A DNA stretch of 64,000 bases from the human T2T-CHM13v2.0 reference genome, Homo sapiens, in NCBI RefSeq assembly GCF_009914755.1, contig NC_060927.1; one strand, written 5' to 3'. Of the stretch, positions 1-17,132 are shown piece by piece. Made by a program: the position numbers and the translations under genes. The first letter of the stretch is position 1. Each line of letters begins with the position of its first letter. Under the pieces are notes generated by a model. The model saw only the letters and a program-made list of their open reading frames with translations. It searched no databases and was not told the DNA's origin.

Positions 1-626
1 TAAAAATAATGGGTGAAATTCAGTGAGAAGAGAAAGATTTGAGATGGTTTGGGCTTGCATTTCTGTGCCATTTTTCTGCCAGCGCCCTGTAGCAAATATT
101 CATTACTGCAACTGTCACTATTTGGCTTTGGCATCAAAACAGGTTGCTAATACGTTGTGGAATGGGGCTTCAGTTGAGAATAAAAGGAAACATCAGTATT
201 CAAAGTGGCCCATTTGTGACCTTCGTCTTGTATAAAAACACTGTAAATACTTCTTTAAAAAAATCCATAAAGCATAAGAAAGGATTCCAAAAAATATCAA
301 CACTTGAATTTTGGATAGTAACATGGAGCAGCCAAGTTACATGGTCTGGGCAAGAAATTTATTCCTCTGGTTACAGACTTCATAACTCAAGTGGAAAAAC
401 CATAGGTGAGTTACTAGAGTTTCCTCTCAGGTAACAGGGATTAGTGTTATAACCCAAAGATGTTCATCATGTTTTCCTGTAGATTGAAGGCTCAGAATTA
501 CATCTGATTTATTTTCTTCTTTCCTATGTGAATTTAAGTCTCACTCAGACTTGCTAGGAAATGAAGAAAACAGCTGCTTCCTCATAAATGTGCTGACATT
601 CTGAAGTAGAAAAAGGTGCTTCTGAC

Positions 627-655
627 CAAAAACAAAAACAAAAACAAAAACAAAC
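627..655 (+). repeat. (CAAAAA)n simple repeat
   Basis: aaaaacaaaaacaaaaacaaaaacaaac read directly. Confidence 0.85.
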
Positions 656-946
656 CACCAGTCTTTAGAAATTATTCCTGGTGGTTTCTTTTCTACCACT
701 TTTATCTCATTTAACTAAAATTTATTGAGCCCATACCACACTCTTAGACCCAGGCAGGAATGGCTTTGGCACTGGGCTGTGCTTAAAAGTCCCTTTATTT
801 GTGGGCTTTTTTTTTTTTTCTTGTAAAATAAAAAAAGTTCCTACAGGGTTCTGTAACCAATTGAGCAGATGGGAATTATGGGAAAGGGAAGTGAGAATTG
901 AACTGGGTGCCCCAAAGGCCAGAGTACAGAGGCTGGGAGTTCATAA

Positions 947-1053
947 GTGTGTGTGCACACTTATGAGTGTATATGTCTATGTGTATGCATGTGCATGTAT
1001 GGCTATATGTGTATATCTGTGTATAAGTGTGTGTGTGTGTGTGTGTGTGTGTG
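947..1053 (+). repeat. (TG)n microsatellite with degenerate TG/TA-rich 5' part
   Basis: Pure (GT)n at ~1027-1053, preceded by imperfect gtgtat/gtgcat units. Confidence 0.9.
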
Positions 1054-2217
1054 TTGAGAGGTTGGAAGATATCACAACTTCTATCTGGAAACCAGAGAAA
1101 GAGTGGCTGTTTTTGTACACAGTACACATTTGGCCACCCCAAATCACAAAAATGTATGTCTAAGCAGAAAAAGTCCCCCTGCTCTGAATTCCTCACTCCC
1201 ATCTGCTAGAGTGGTATAGCTGTAGAAAGTGCTTTAAACGGCCTAGAAATCCCAAAGCCACCAAATGAGGCTGTGGAGAAATCAAGTGCTCCACTCCACT
1301 TTGCAGGGTACCTGATTTGGGTAGGTCCAGTCACCAGCCAGAAGTTCTGGCTTTGGGCACTGCTTCCGCTCTGTTCTTACAAATCTGCTTCACTACCAGG
1401 CTCAAGGCTGATTCAGGTGAGGGGATTCTTTATTCTCCAGGTCCCAAGGACAATTCCTGGGGAACAAAGTGTGGAGTTGCTAGGCGAAACTTGATACATA
1501 TTTAGATATATGGCATATAGTCTCCATTTGTACGCTCGGTCCTGAAAATTTTGGGGGTCTGTCTTATAGAACCCATCCATATACAGGATGCTGTGTTAAT
1601 CACAGGAGGTAAAAAATAAATGCAATATAAGTTGTATATGCAAGAGTAATAGGACTCTAATATAAGAGTGGAGGGAACAATGAATTCACTCTCCTTGAGA
1701 AGAATAAGCTGGAAGAAGTATTACTAGAAAACATTAGAAAAATGAATTGCACTTCAAACTGATTTCACTGTGTCTCTAATGGTCTGTGACTTGGTAGTTC
1801 CATGCAAAAAGTAATCACATATACTTTTCATCAAGTGACAAGTTCTTCCCCATAGTAGCCTGCATGAAACTCTAATGTTCTAAGGGATTGGGTGACTATA
1901 CTATTTCTTTCTACCTTTACATTATTTGAACTAAATTTCCCAAGCCTTGTATGCATTAAAAATTTTAGAAAGGAGATTTTAAAATTTACAAAACAAAAAT
2001 ATTGAACTGAAACTTTTGAGATGATTTTCAAAGCTGTCCAATTTATTATCTGTTTGAGGCAATTACATCAACAATAGATTCATATACATAATGGTTACTT
2101 GTTGAACTCACTATGTGCTACATGTATTACATGCAAATTAGACCATACATTATTCTAATGAAAAATATTAAGGCAGAAGCAGAGCCCATTTAAAAAATTT
2201 AACTTCTGGATTTCCCT

Positions 2218-2518
<301 letters not shown>

Positions 2519-2820
2519 TTTTTTTGTTTTTTTTTTGAGATGGAGCCTCACTCTGTCATCCTGGCTGTAGTGCAGTGGCGCAATCCCGGCTCACTGCAAG
2601 CTCCATCTCCCTGGTTCAAGCAATTCTCCTGCCTCAGCCTCCTGAGTAGCTGGGATTACAGGCACACATCACCATGCCCAGCTAATTTTTTTGTATTTTT
2701 AGTAGAGGCGGGGTTTCACCACGTTGGCCAGGCTGGTCTTGAATGCTTGACCTCAAACGACCCTCCCACCTCGGCCTCCCAAAGTGCTGGGATTACAGGT
2801 GTGAGCCACTGCGCCCAGCT
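2519..2820 (-). mobile_element. Alu SINE (AluS, Sx/Sq-like), full length, tandem with previous Alu
   Basis: Second complete dimer directly abutting the first; the pair is flanked by g(g/a)atttccct (2208-2217 / 2821-2830). Confidence 0.95.
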
Positions 2821-4143
2821 GAATTTCCCTATTGATGCCAAAGATCAATTAGTTTCATAGGGTCCGGCCATTTTCTACAAAGATCATGTGATTTGAGAGG
2901 GCAATGTGAGAATGTTTTTATTTTGTAGGATAATTTATCCAAAATTAAGCAATTCCTATTACTCATTCAAATTTGGGGATAAACAGATTACAGAAGCAGG
3001 TTGCCAGGACAGAGCACAGTTGCAGAAGCCCCAAAAAAGAGGTGGTGATCAGGACCAGGTCACACACCTTGACTTGGGTCAGGCAACTGAGGGTTAAGCT
3101 AATGAGATGAAGAAGGGGCAGGAAAGTTGGACCATGAAGGAGGAAGAAGCAGAGGCTCCTGAAGCACAGAGTCTTGACACGAATTGTCCAGTCCCCTGAG
3201 GAGATAAGTAGGATCCCATATTGGCCAGCCAAAGCTGAGACCTACTTTATGTCTTCAACCTCCACATCTCCGAAATGTTCTTAACCTCAAAATGGACCTT
3301 TCTAGATTAAACTGGGATTTCATCAAGTCAAAGCGTATATTCTCTCTAGACAATGGGTCTCCCCTACAACCTAAAAAGAAAGAAGCCAACAGAAAAAGAC
3401 AGATGTAAAAGGGTGACTGACAATAACAGTATTAGGGACATGACTAAACACTGCTCATCTCTCCAGTGGTTACAAAACTGATCAGGTGGCTTGACGTAAG
3501 CTCGCCCTCAGAATACAAGCTCTCTATTTAAAGAGAGATAAGCTGATTAGAGTTAGTATTATTACTTTTTTCCTCTACAAGGTAAATTGCCCTCTTTCTT
3601 TTCTTTAGCATCTGTAAATTAGGGACTCATTCTAGGAAAGAAGCCTTGGCATGTCTTTTTAGCCTAATTTAATATCAAAGCATTGTCCTTAGTTGATAAC
3701 AATCACCTCAGCAATCTATATCAATGTCTTATCATGTCAGTGCCTTAATTTCTAAGTCAATGAGGATTATATTCTCTACTCATTTAGTATATAAATATAC
3801 TCCATAACATAACTAGAACAGTGTCTGCCAGACTGTTGGTAATTGATAAACACGGATGCTGCTGCCATCAAATTTGTTAGGCATTTGCTTATCTTTTAAA
3901 AGTTGGAGTTATATCCCTGTCAGGTAAGTGCTAGACTGAAAATTGGCATAGCAATACAAAAGCATATCATTGACCTCCTAAGTGAAATTTTCATCCTTAA
4001 TCATTTTCCTCTTATAATTTTTCAGATAATATTTCTTTCACTCTTTTCTTTATGCTCCTTTGGCTCTCAAAACATCCCCCTATCATGGGGCCAAGATGTT
4101 GGGGAAATTTCACGAATCAAAAAGAATCCTATTAGTATAAACT

Positions 4144-4333
4144 AGTGATTGTGAGACTTCAGTATGCGTCACAATCACCCAAAGAGTTTGACAAAACACA
4201 GACTGCCCAGCCCCAGCATCAGAGTTTCTGATTCAGTATGTATAGGGTGAGGTCTGAATATTTGCATTTCTAACAAGTTCCCAGGTATTGCTGTTGCTGC
4301 TGATCTGAGAACCACACTTCAAGAACCACCACT
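4144..4333. mobile_element. MER5A-like hAT-Charlie MITE
   Basis: cagagtttctgattcagta...gggtgaggtctgaatatttgcatttctaacaagttcccaggt...gaaccacacttcaagaaccac matches remembered MER5A consensus. Confidence 0.85.
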
Positions 4334-4440
4334 GACAGATCTGCCAATTAGTTTCCGGTTTAGATTAACTGGTCTCAGCTGTAAAGCTAAATGTCATTTA
4401 AACAGCAAGTCATGAATGCAAGAAGAGGGAAATGAGAGAT

Positions 4441-4553
4441 TGAGTGACCAGTGTCCTTGTTTGCCTGAGGGAACTGAGGGAGTTCCTGCGACATGGGACT
4501 TTCAGTGCTAAAATTGGCACATCCCAGGCAAGCCAGGGGAAGCTAGTTACTCT
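4441..4553. mobile_element. MER81-like hAT-Blackjack MITE
   Basis: gagtgacca...gggactttcagtgctaaaa...cccaggcaagccaggg...tagttactcta; ~110 bp with degenerate terminal inverted repeats. Confidence 0.75.
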
Positions 4554-4617
4554 AAAAGAGAACCCTGGAAAAAAGTAGAAAATTCTTTTAAAAATTTTAG
4601 ATACTACCTAATCAATG

Positions 4618-4929
<312 letters not shown>

Positions 4930-7900
4930 TAAACAAACTTTTCTATTGAGAGATGCAGTTTTTGATAACAAATGAGGAAGGATAGAGACACATTCTGATC
5001 TTTGGAGCAGAGAAAAATACTAGTGGGAACCTAAATAACCTTCTATTGATCAGTTAAACCAGGGTTTCTTTTGTAAGAATAAACTTTTCTCTCCCTAAAT
5101 TAGAGTTTGTATATTTCTAGGGGAATTAATTTTCCACTTTGTTCACAGATGTTTAGTATAAAGCACAGTTCATCCTCTCCAAATATAATTTAAGCCAAAA
5201 TAAATTAATCCAAACCTAAGTTCATCAGAAGGTAAGATTGTTAGGCCTTGTTCTAGTTAATTGAGTGGGTCTGGCTATTGTACATACAACTGATAAGCAC
5301 CAAGACAAATGGGTGAGTTTTATCAAAATTTGTGAGCTTTTGGATAAATATTACGAAAGGGAAAGGAAAAGGAAGACAAAAAGAAACTCAATTTACTCCG
5401 AAGGCATTTTAAATGATTTGGATGCCACTAGATTAGGAAACTGCCTTTTCATGCTTCTAATAGAGATTTTATTTTTCCTCCAGTAGGGCAGAATGAAAAA
5501 AAAAGCCCTCCAAAATCTATGAATGGTAGCACCCCTGTTCCAAGAGTTTTCAGAGGAAAAAAATACTGCATGCTGCAGTAACAGTTTCTGTTTCATTAAT
5601 GAGAAGAACTGTGTATTGGAAAGCTCAGTTTGAAATCTGGCAAGAAATCAAGGTATGGTTTTTCAGTGATTGCCTTTGGTAGTTCATCTGTTTAACATAT
5701 GTAGTAATGGCCTTCCTTCTGCTGGCCATGTGCCTTAGGTTAAAAGTAAGGGTTTGTCATGTGTCCTTACTATCCACGATATCTAACGGTTGGAATTATG
5801 ACATGATAAATCATGAATCTTGAAAGCTTTTACTAATTGAAGTTGAACGAAAAGTGAGAGAAAGCTTACCTCTGACTGGTAATTTAGAATGAGTAGGGAC
5901 TGCAAAATGTGAAGATAGTCAAGCCAAGTTATTTAGGACACAAATACTCACTCTAGAATCCTGTTAGGCAGCACATACCATAAAAATGAAGAAATAACAG
6001 CCAGCTCTTCAGTTTTTTTGTACTGTAGAGCTGTCTTGAAGATAAGAAAACAAGCTCCCACAATAAAGGGTGCAATGATAAAATATTTAGTATGGAAATA
6101 ATTTAGAACATTATCCCATCTGGACTCAGGCATTTTGTTGTATGTGCAAGAGTTATAATACTTAGCATTTTTCATTACAGTGTTAGTGTTTCATAGATTA
6201 GCTATGCAGAAAATGTTTTAATCACCAGAAAGTTACCATGATGTAACCGATATGCACTTGCCACAACACATTGCTCAGACATCTAGATTAAAGGATTTTT
6301 CATATTTCAGGAGACTAGAAAAGGAGTTTTCAGGGAGTAAATTCCACTGGATAAATCATTGAAAATGGTTGACAAAGAGGATGGAAGTATAGAAAAGGAA
6401 ATGAGAAAAATTACAAAAATTGAGAAAACATTTTTTTAACCAATAATCTTTCAGCAACTCCTGAGCATTCAATTTCAACTATAAGCTGAGTTAAGACTCA
6501 AACTACCCATCATTTCACTCAAAACAGCAATGTATTATTATTTTTCTCTCTGCAAAGAAGGAAGAAAAATGGGGGTCATCACATAACACAATGATTTCTT
6601 GATAGAATTTCTCTCTTCAAAGTAGTTTCCATGTTGTGTTAATATATTTCAGCCAAAGATAATTTTTTAAGAGCTGGAGGATAAATAAAAATCAGAGAAA
6701 ACATGCTAATAAATATAGAATAGGAGAAATCAAAAGTCTACAGATTATTTACAGAAAGACTGGCCACTGAAAAATTGTTAGAACTGTTTGGGAAATAATA
6801 CGATACAATTCTGGAACAAATGTGTCTCTTCCCCAGCAAAGCTAACAGACCTGTTTCTAAGAAGCCAAGATTCCCTTTCTATCTCCAGAAACTATATAAA
6901 CTAGATTTTCATGAAATTCCAAATATAAACTTATCATCTCTCCTGTTATTCCCATTAGCTATCACACAGCTCCAGAAATTCCAAACTACAGCAAACTGCC
7001 CCTAGCACCAAAATTTGCCAAACTATGTATTATTCTTTTCACATTTGAGAATACATTCATTGTAATTGTGTCACCATTTCATCAAAGCGCTAATTAAAAC
7101 ATTTAAAAAAGTCGATCTTTCTTTTTTTTCTGAATATGAAATAACAATTTTTATTTTCTTAGGCTTCATTTAAAAATTGTTTATTTTAGCATTAAGCAGC
7201 TATAAATCTAATTATTTAAGTATATATTTAAGAAAAAATGACTTATTGGTTAGTTCTGTCAATCAATTTTTAATTCAATACTTTAAATATATTTTACGGC
7301 AGAGTTATATTAATAAAGTATGCTAAGAATTAATCTCAAAATAAATCTGTGTTATCTCTGAAACCATCTATACTGGCCATTCTGATCCTGTAAAATGCTC
7401 AGTATTTTTATAGCTACAAAAAAAAAAAAAATAGAAATCTAGTCCCATGTGACTGACCTCTCAAAGGATGCTGGCATTTCTATTCCATTTCACTCGTTGG
7501 GATCTTGTTACGTAAAAGTTAAATCACAACATCGTATTGGAGCCCATTTGATATAAATAGAAGTTCTAATATTTCACCATTAATTTTGATAAGATAATGT
7601 TTAAAACATAATTCATAATTAAGCTTTAGAATAGAGTCATTGTTTTATTTAGGATACATGTTTGTATAGCTGTTTTTTATTATCAATATTTCTGTTACTT
7701 TTAACAACAATCCAACTGTGAAATTTAAAAGCTAGCACTGTGAGTAAATTGTTTTGCTTCATAGGTTATGTTTTAAAATTGTTAATTTTCTTGGTACATA
7801 AGATCTTATTTATTGTATATCATGTTATCTATAAATGGGTTTTACAGCAAAAGTAGGTTATTTTGAAAATGTTTCTCTAGCAATGAAAAAGCCTTATCAT

Positions 7901-9889
7901 GGATGTGAGACTAATTTTGTTCACATCCTTACTGGCAGATTCTTCTTGCCCAGGTAAGAAGCCAGGCCAAGAATGCTAGCAGTCCAGGACTGAATGTGTT
8001 GAGTCAAATGTCTGAGTGGACAGAGAGTGTGTGAGGCAAATCAAGCCTGATACTTGAAAGGCTGTTGCCAAGAGGTCAAGATCACAGCCAGGACACAACA
8101 GTCAATTCACAGGGCTGGGGAAAGAAGTCAGAGCCAGAAGGCAAGCTGGGTGAGAAGAAAAAGGTCCCAGGATATCTGAGGACTTGGCCTGAGACCATGG
8201 CAGGCAGACAATGTATTGACCTTGTCAAGTTATTTTTAGCATGAAGTCCTTACCTCCTTGGGCAGGGCTGTCAAGGTTTTATTGAGGAGAGTGCTCATGG
8301 TCACTACCTGCACCTCCAGAGGAGAGGAGGAGAGGCAAAGAAATGGATGGTAGCTGTGGATCTAGAGGCTTTGTGCTTTCTTTTATGCTCTTGGACCACA
8401 CATTAGGAAACTGTGCAAAGAGAGCAAGGACTCATGCTTTTTCTTTTTTCCTCCTCCTCTTTTCTTCAAATTGCCCATTCTTTACCTCAGTAAAAGCAAA
8501 ATAAATAACTGAATGAAAGAATGAATAAATAAGAAATGTATGTATGTATTTCTCTCTTTAAGATTTCAATCTGCTCCCATAAGTCACCCCTAATTGAGGA
8601 CATTTCCAGAGAAGGCTAATTAAAAACTTTTTTCAAGTTGCTGGGGGAAAAAGAAAAGTGATGAAGGATTGGGCAGATTGGCTAATGGAGTTGAACTGTA
8701 TGATTTGGTTCAGTGAAATCAGTTTTTCTCAGAAGCTCATCAAGACAACCCTGGATAGAACTCAGTTTTATAAAAATACAATGCTTTTCACCAAAATAAA
8801 TTCACTTAGATAATTCAAGCGCACACATAATTCTAAGTGTTGGAGGAATTCTTGAAGAATGCTTAGACATTGAAAAAAATGTATTTTGTCTCACACAACA
8901 CATGATATGTGCATTTCTAGCACTGCAATGCCATAATTTCAGTAGTTATTTGCTTTTCTTTAAAACTTCAGAAAAATTCCACTATGATCTAACTGTCAAA
9001 ACATAATTTCAACACTGGTAAGAGTTTCCTTTCTGGCTGACTTGTCAATCTGAGTTAATAAATGTTTCCTCAGCCTGGAAGTTTAATTAACTTAAGTTGA
9101 ATAGATCTGAATGAGAGAAATTATTTGTATTTGCTTATTAACTTTTTTTTCAAGATAAGACAGAATTAGAAAGGAAAGAGACAAGTAAGAGACACATGTC
9201 TTATTTCCCCTTTTAAGTTACAGATTTATAGGGAGAGAAATTTTGTGAGCTTCTCCTTTTAAGGATATTTTTATCAGTTAGTCCAGATGGATCAATATGA
9301 CGAACCAATCAATACGATTTTGATGAAATTCTTCTCTATCTTTGAAGGTACTATCATCACAGATACTCTGTTTCTATTGAAGAATATATCCTGTTAAGAT
9401 TTCTGAGACGCTAATAAAAAAAGTGTCACCAAAATGATGATTTATAAATTCTGATGTAAATATCACTGAAACATGCCAATGAATAAATGCCAAGTAGTCT
9501 ACTGTGTATGTTGCAAGATGTATGTTACATAGCACACTTAAAATGATAGATTACGCATCACTCAAAATGAGATAAAGACTACTTCTTTAACTACTTTTAT
9601 GTCTCATTATTTTTTGCTGTTTTAAAATTTCCTTCATATAGAGTGGATCTCTCAAGTTAGTCCAACAATCTAGCTTGCTAGTTTTAGAGATCCTTATTCT
9701 AAACATCATTACTGTTGTATGAATCAGCTATCAGGTACAACAATGTATTATCTCAAAGGCAAACATAAATAATTACAAAATAAAACAAATGCATGACAAA
9801 AAATTAAAAGGTTCAAGATAACAGTAGCCTCCTACATTTGTTTAGTCCTTCTTAATCTTCAAATAAATTTTGTATCCACTTCTCTGTTT

Positions 9890-10020
9890 TTATCCTCAGT
9901 ATAGTACTACGAGAAAAACATTAAAGTTCTTATTTTATAAAGGAGAAAACTAGCTCATTGATATAAAGTCATTTGCTAGAATCATATAGCTATTAATTGG
10001 CAAAGCCATTATCAGCATCA
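9890..10020 (-). mobile_element. MIR fragment
   Basis: ttattttataaaggagaaaactagctca...aagtcatttgctagaatcatatagcta resembles the MIR core. Confidence 0.55.
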
Positions 10021-10384
10021 AGATTGTTTAAGGTTTATTTTTGCCAACTGGTAGAAAATATTGTCTTTGATTGTAAAGAGCTAAGTATTAAAAATTGCAT
10101 AGTGTTTATAGGACATTGCAGCAATTATATATTTTTTATTTCTGCACAAATATTGCTAAGACTATGTGTATGACTAGAAAACTATATATTCAATTTTGGA
10201 CTAATTTTATAGCACTTAGAATAGAGACATATGCATTAAACAGTTTTGTGTAGCAATATTATTAGGTAATTTAAATTTAATGTACCATGTCAGATTTCTA
10301 ATACCTACTTATTAAATTTACCAAGGTTTCTAGCCTTCTGTTTACAAACTAACTGTAATCATTTAAAACATAAAAAAGGCAGCA

Positions 10385-10465
10385 ACATGCTTTCAAAGTA
10401 GAGGTTAGATCACATCACTGTTCTCCAAATACAGTTCTCTCAATTTTGCCCCATGTAAAAACTAA
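10385..10465 (+). mobile_element. L2 fragment (5' piece of an L2 split by two L1 insertions)
   Basis: ttagatcacatcactgttctcc L2-like; resumes at ~12520. Confidence 0.55.
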
Positions 10466-10470
10466 TGTTC

Positions 10471-12516
10471 AACTGAAAGCTTTCCCCCTGAGATCAAGAG
10501 CAAGACAAGAATGTCCACTCTTGCTGCTGCTATTGATCATTCTACTGAAAGTTCTAGCCAGAACTATTAAGGAGGGGGAGAAAACATAAAAGGTATCCAG
10601 ATTAGAGAAGCAGAAGTAAAACTACCTCTATTCATAGATGACATGATCTTGTACATAGAAAACCTTAAAATATCCACAAGAACCCCCAAAACTAATTTCT
10701 ATACACTAGCAATGAACAATCTAAAGTTAAGAAAACAATTTCCCTTACAATTGCATGAAAAAGAATAAAATCTTAGGAATAAATTTAACCAATAAAGTGT
10801 AAGACTTGTATACTGAAAACTATAAAACAATGTTGGAAAAAAATAGAATACCTAAGTAAATGGAAAGGCAGCCCATGTTTGATGGTTGGAATACTTAATA
10901 CTGTTAAGATGGCAATACTATCTAAATTAGTCCACATATTCAATGGAATCCCTATCAAATATTTAACTGAGTTTTTAATACAAATAACTAAGCTGACCTA
11001 AAATGTATATAAAAATAAAGGGGTACTAAATAGCCAAAATGATATTGAAAAAGAAGAATAAAGTTAGAGGATTCGAGAATAAAGTTAGAGGAATCACACT
11101 TCTTGAATTCAAAACTTACTAAAAAGTTACAGTAATAAAAACAGTGTGGCATAAGAATAGACATAGATCAATGAAATAGAATTGAGAGTCTGGAAGGAAA
11201 CCCATACATTTATGGCCAATTTATTTTTAACATGAGTGACAAGACCATTCAATGGAAAAAGAATAGTCTCTTCAACAATGATGCTAGGACAAATAAGCAT
11301 ACACATGCAAAAAAAAAAAAATGAAGTTGGACCCCTGCCTCACACCGCATGCCATTCAAAATGGATCAGTAACCTAAATGTAGGAGGAAAAACTATAACG
11401 CTCTTAGAAAGAACTATAGGAATAAATATTTGTGACCTTGTATTAGGCAATGGTTTCTTAAAATGGAAATAAAAGCATGAGGAACAAAATAAGTAATAGA
11501 CTAAGTTGAACTGCATCAAAATTAAGTTTTTTCGTGTGTAAAAAAACACTACCAAAAAGTGAGAAAACAATCCATTAAATGGGAGAAAATATTTGTAAAT
11601 TATGTATCTGATATAGGTCTAATATCCATTATATATAAAGAACACTTACAAATCCACGATATAAAGACAACTCAATCAAAAAATGGGCAAAATATTTTAA
11701 TAGACATTTCTTGAAATAAGGTGTATAAATGATCCAATAAACACATGAAAAGATGCTCAACATTAATCAAAACCACTGGGAAATACCATTTCACAACCAC
11801 TAGGATGGCTATAATAATAAAAAACTAAATTAAAAATAAAACAACATAACTAGTGTCAGTGAGAATGCAGAGAAATTGAAATCTTTGTATGTTACTGGTG
11901 GTAATATAAAATGGTGCTGTCACTGTGGAAAAATTTAGTAGCTTCTCAAAAAGTTAAATACAAAGTTACTATATGACCCAGAGATTGTCCTAAATATATA
12001 CCTAAAATAACTAAAAATATATGTATAAACATAAACTTATACATGTATACTCATAGCAGCAGTATTCATAATTGTCAAAAGGTAGTAACAACCCAAATGG
12101 AAGAGTGGATAAATAAAATGTAGTATTTCTATAAATAGAATATATATTCAATCATATAAAGAAATACAATACTGGTACCTGTTACAACATGGATGAACCT
12201 TGAAAGCACTATGCCAAATGAAAGACATCAGTCACAAAATACCACACGTTGTATGATTCCATTTATACGAAACATCCAGAATAAGAACATTCATAGAGAC
12301 AAAGAGTAGATTAGTGGTTGCCAGGGAATGGGAGAAAGGAGAAAAGGGGGAATTAAGAGGTAAAGGTTTCTTTTCACAGTGCTGAAAATCTTCTGGAATT
12401 AGAAAGTTGCAATGATTGCATAACATTGTGAATATAGTAAAGGCCTGTTTGTATACTTTAAAATGGTCAAATAGTGAATTTTATATTATGTGCATTTTAT
12501 ATCTATAATTTTTTAA
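10471..12516 (+). mobile_element. Old LINE-1 (L1MB-like), 3' ORF2 plus 3' UTR, with internal deletion
   Basis: aactgaaagctttccccctgagatcaagagcaagacaagaatgtcc ... gtatgattccatttata...gtagattagtggttgccaggg...gtgaattttatattatgtgcattttatatc; many stops and frameshifts. Confidence 0.9.
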
Positions 12517-12519
12517 GCA

Positions 12520-14904
<2,385 letters not shown>

Positions 14905-14924
14905 AGAAACTTTGAGTTTCCTCT

Positions 14925-15295
14925 GCCATCTGTCTGGAATGCTTTTCCCCAGATAGCCAGATTACTCATCCCCTTACCATCTTCAAGACTAACACCTTCT
15001 CAGTGAGGTTGTACACCATCACTCTGGATAAAATTGCTACCTTTCTACCCATTCCTGCAATTCCCCTTTATCTCCCTTGCCTTTTTCTTCTCCATTGCAG
15101 TTATCACATTCAAACATATTATGTAATATATAACAATATAAGGGTTAGTTAACTTTGATGACCCTCTACTGGAATGTAAAATCTACAAGGGCAGGGTTTT
15201 TTAGTTGCTTTGTTCTCTATTGATCCTTAGCGTCTAGAATGGTTACCAAAACATAATAGATTCCCAATAAATATTTCTTGAATGAGAGAATGAAA
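14925..15295 (+). mobile_element. L2 3' end (third piece of the split L2)
   Basis: tctgtctggaatgcttttccccagata...ggaatgtaaaatctacaagggcaggg...caataaatatttcttgaatgagagaatgaa. Confidence 0.75.
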
Positions 15296-15460
15296 CAACT
15301 CAGAAAATAAAGTGATGCTTGGGAAGAAAGAATAAACAGTAGGAGGAGGTGGCAGAAAAATAAACCCAGTACTAGCGTGTGATGGCATTTGTATGGAAAG
15401 AATTTTTCATCTCTTTAAAATTATTGCATCATTTCATTCAAGTGTGATATAACTAGGTGA

Positions 15461-15801
<341 letters not shown>

Positions 15802-16339
15802 TGGTTATAATTCTTTCAATGACGAATTTATTACATGATTTCCAACAGCCTTCCAGCTCTAAACTAACACGATGCTCTGAAAAACAGGATGTTTATTTAA
15901 AACCTCAGCTGTAAGATCCACAGAGTTTCTAAAGATGTGATTAATAAGTTAATTTAAGAATTACACACAAGTAATTCTGCACTAGCCCTTGTGTTTCCAA
16001 AGGCCAACAGCTAAATTAGCTAAGATAATTGTGGAAAATTATTTTCTACATTTGGAAAGCTGTGCCAGGAATTATATCAAGGCATTATTGTCAAGCCCTT
16101 GTTTTATCATTATTATTCTGCTAGGTCAGAAAGACAGGGGTGATACAGTCCCCCAAAAAAGTTCCTGAGATGCTTAAGAGAATCAACAACAACAAAACAT
16201 TAAGCAGCTGAAAAAAATATTGAGATTAAAACTAGCAATGCAGGGCAAAAAGACTGTAGAAGAATTTAAACTCCCAGGCATCAAGTAACTATATAAAACC
16301 TAGGAAATGTAACTCAAGGTTAAGAAACACATGAAGAGG

Positions 16340-16693
<354 letters not shown>

Positions 16694-16697
16694 CTAA

Positions 16698-17132
16698 ATC
16701 TCTACCAATGATGAAAGGGTAAATAAAATGTGGTATATCCTTATAATGGAATATTATTCTGGACTAAAAAGGGACAAAGTCATGGCAAAAACTGTATCAT
16801 GAATGAACCATGAAAACTTTATGCTAAATAAAAGAAATCGGCCACAAAATACCAGGTATTCTGTGATTCTATTTATAGGAAATATCCAGCATAGGCAAAT
16901 TTGGAGAGACACAAAGTAGATTAGTGGTAGTGAGGGGAGAGGGAGTCCATGGATAATGTGGGGTAGCGGGGGCGGGACTGATAATGAGTATGTGGTTTCT
17001 TTAGGGGGTTCTAAACTTGATAGTGGTGATGTACAAAGTTCTGAATATACTAAAACCAGTTAATTGTACACTTTAAATGGGTGAATTCTATGGTATGTGA
17101 ATTATATCTCAATGAAGCTGTTATTTTAAAAA
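16698..17132 (+). mobile_element. L1MB-like 3' end
   Basis: aaataaaatgtggtatatcc...gtagattagtggt...gggtgaattctatggtatgtgaattatatctcaatgaagctgtt. Confidence 0.85.

Noticed and set aside
2540-2860. Alu-derived ORFs (also 4768, 19480, 20814, 26343, 38195, 50707, 56889 and others)
   Set aside because: Typical Alu translation artefacts (e.g. [14 protein letters not shown]), not genes.
7940-8400. Possible ancient LTR relic
   Set aside because: Composition is suggestive, but I cannot match it to a family with confidence.
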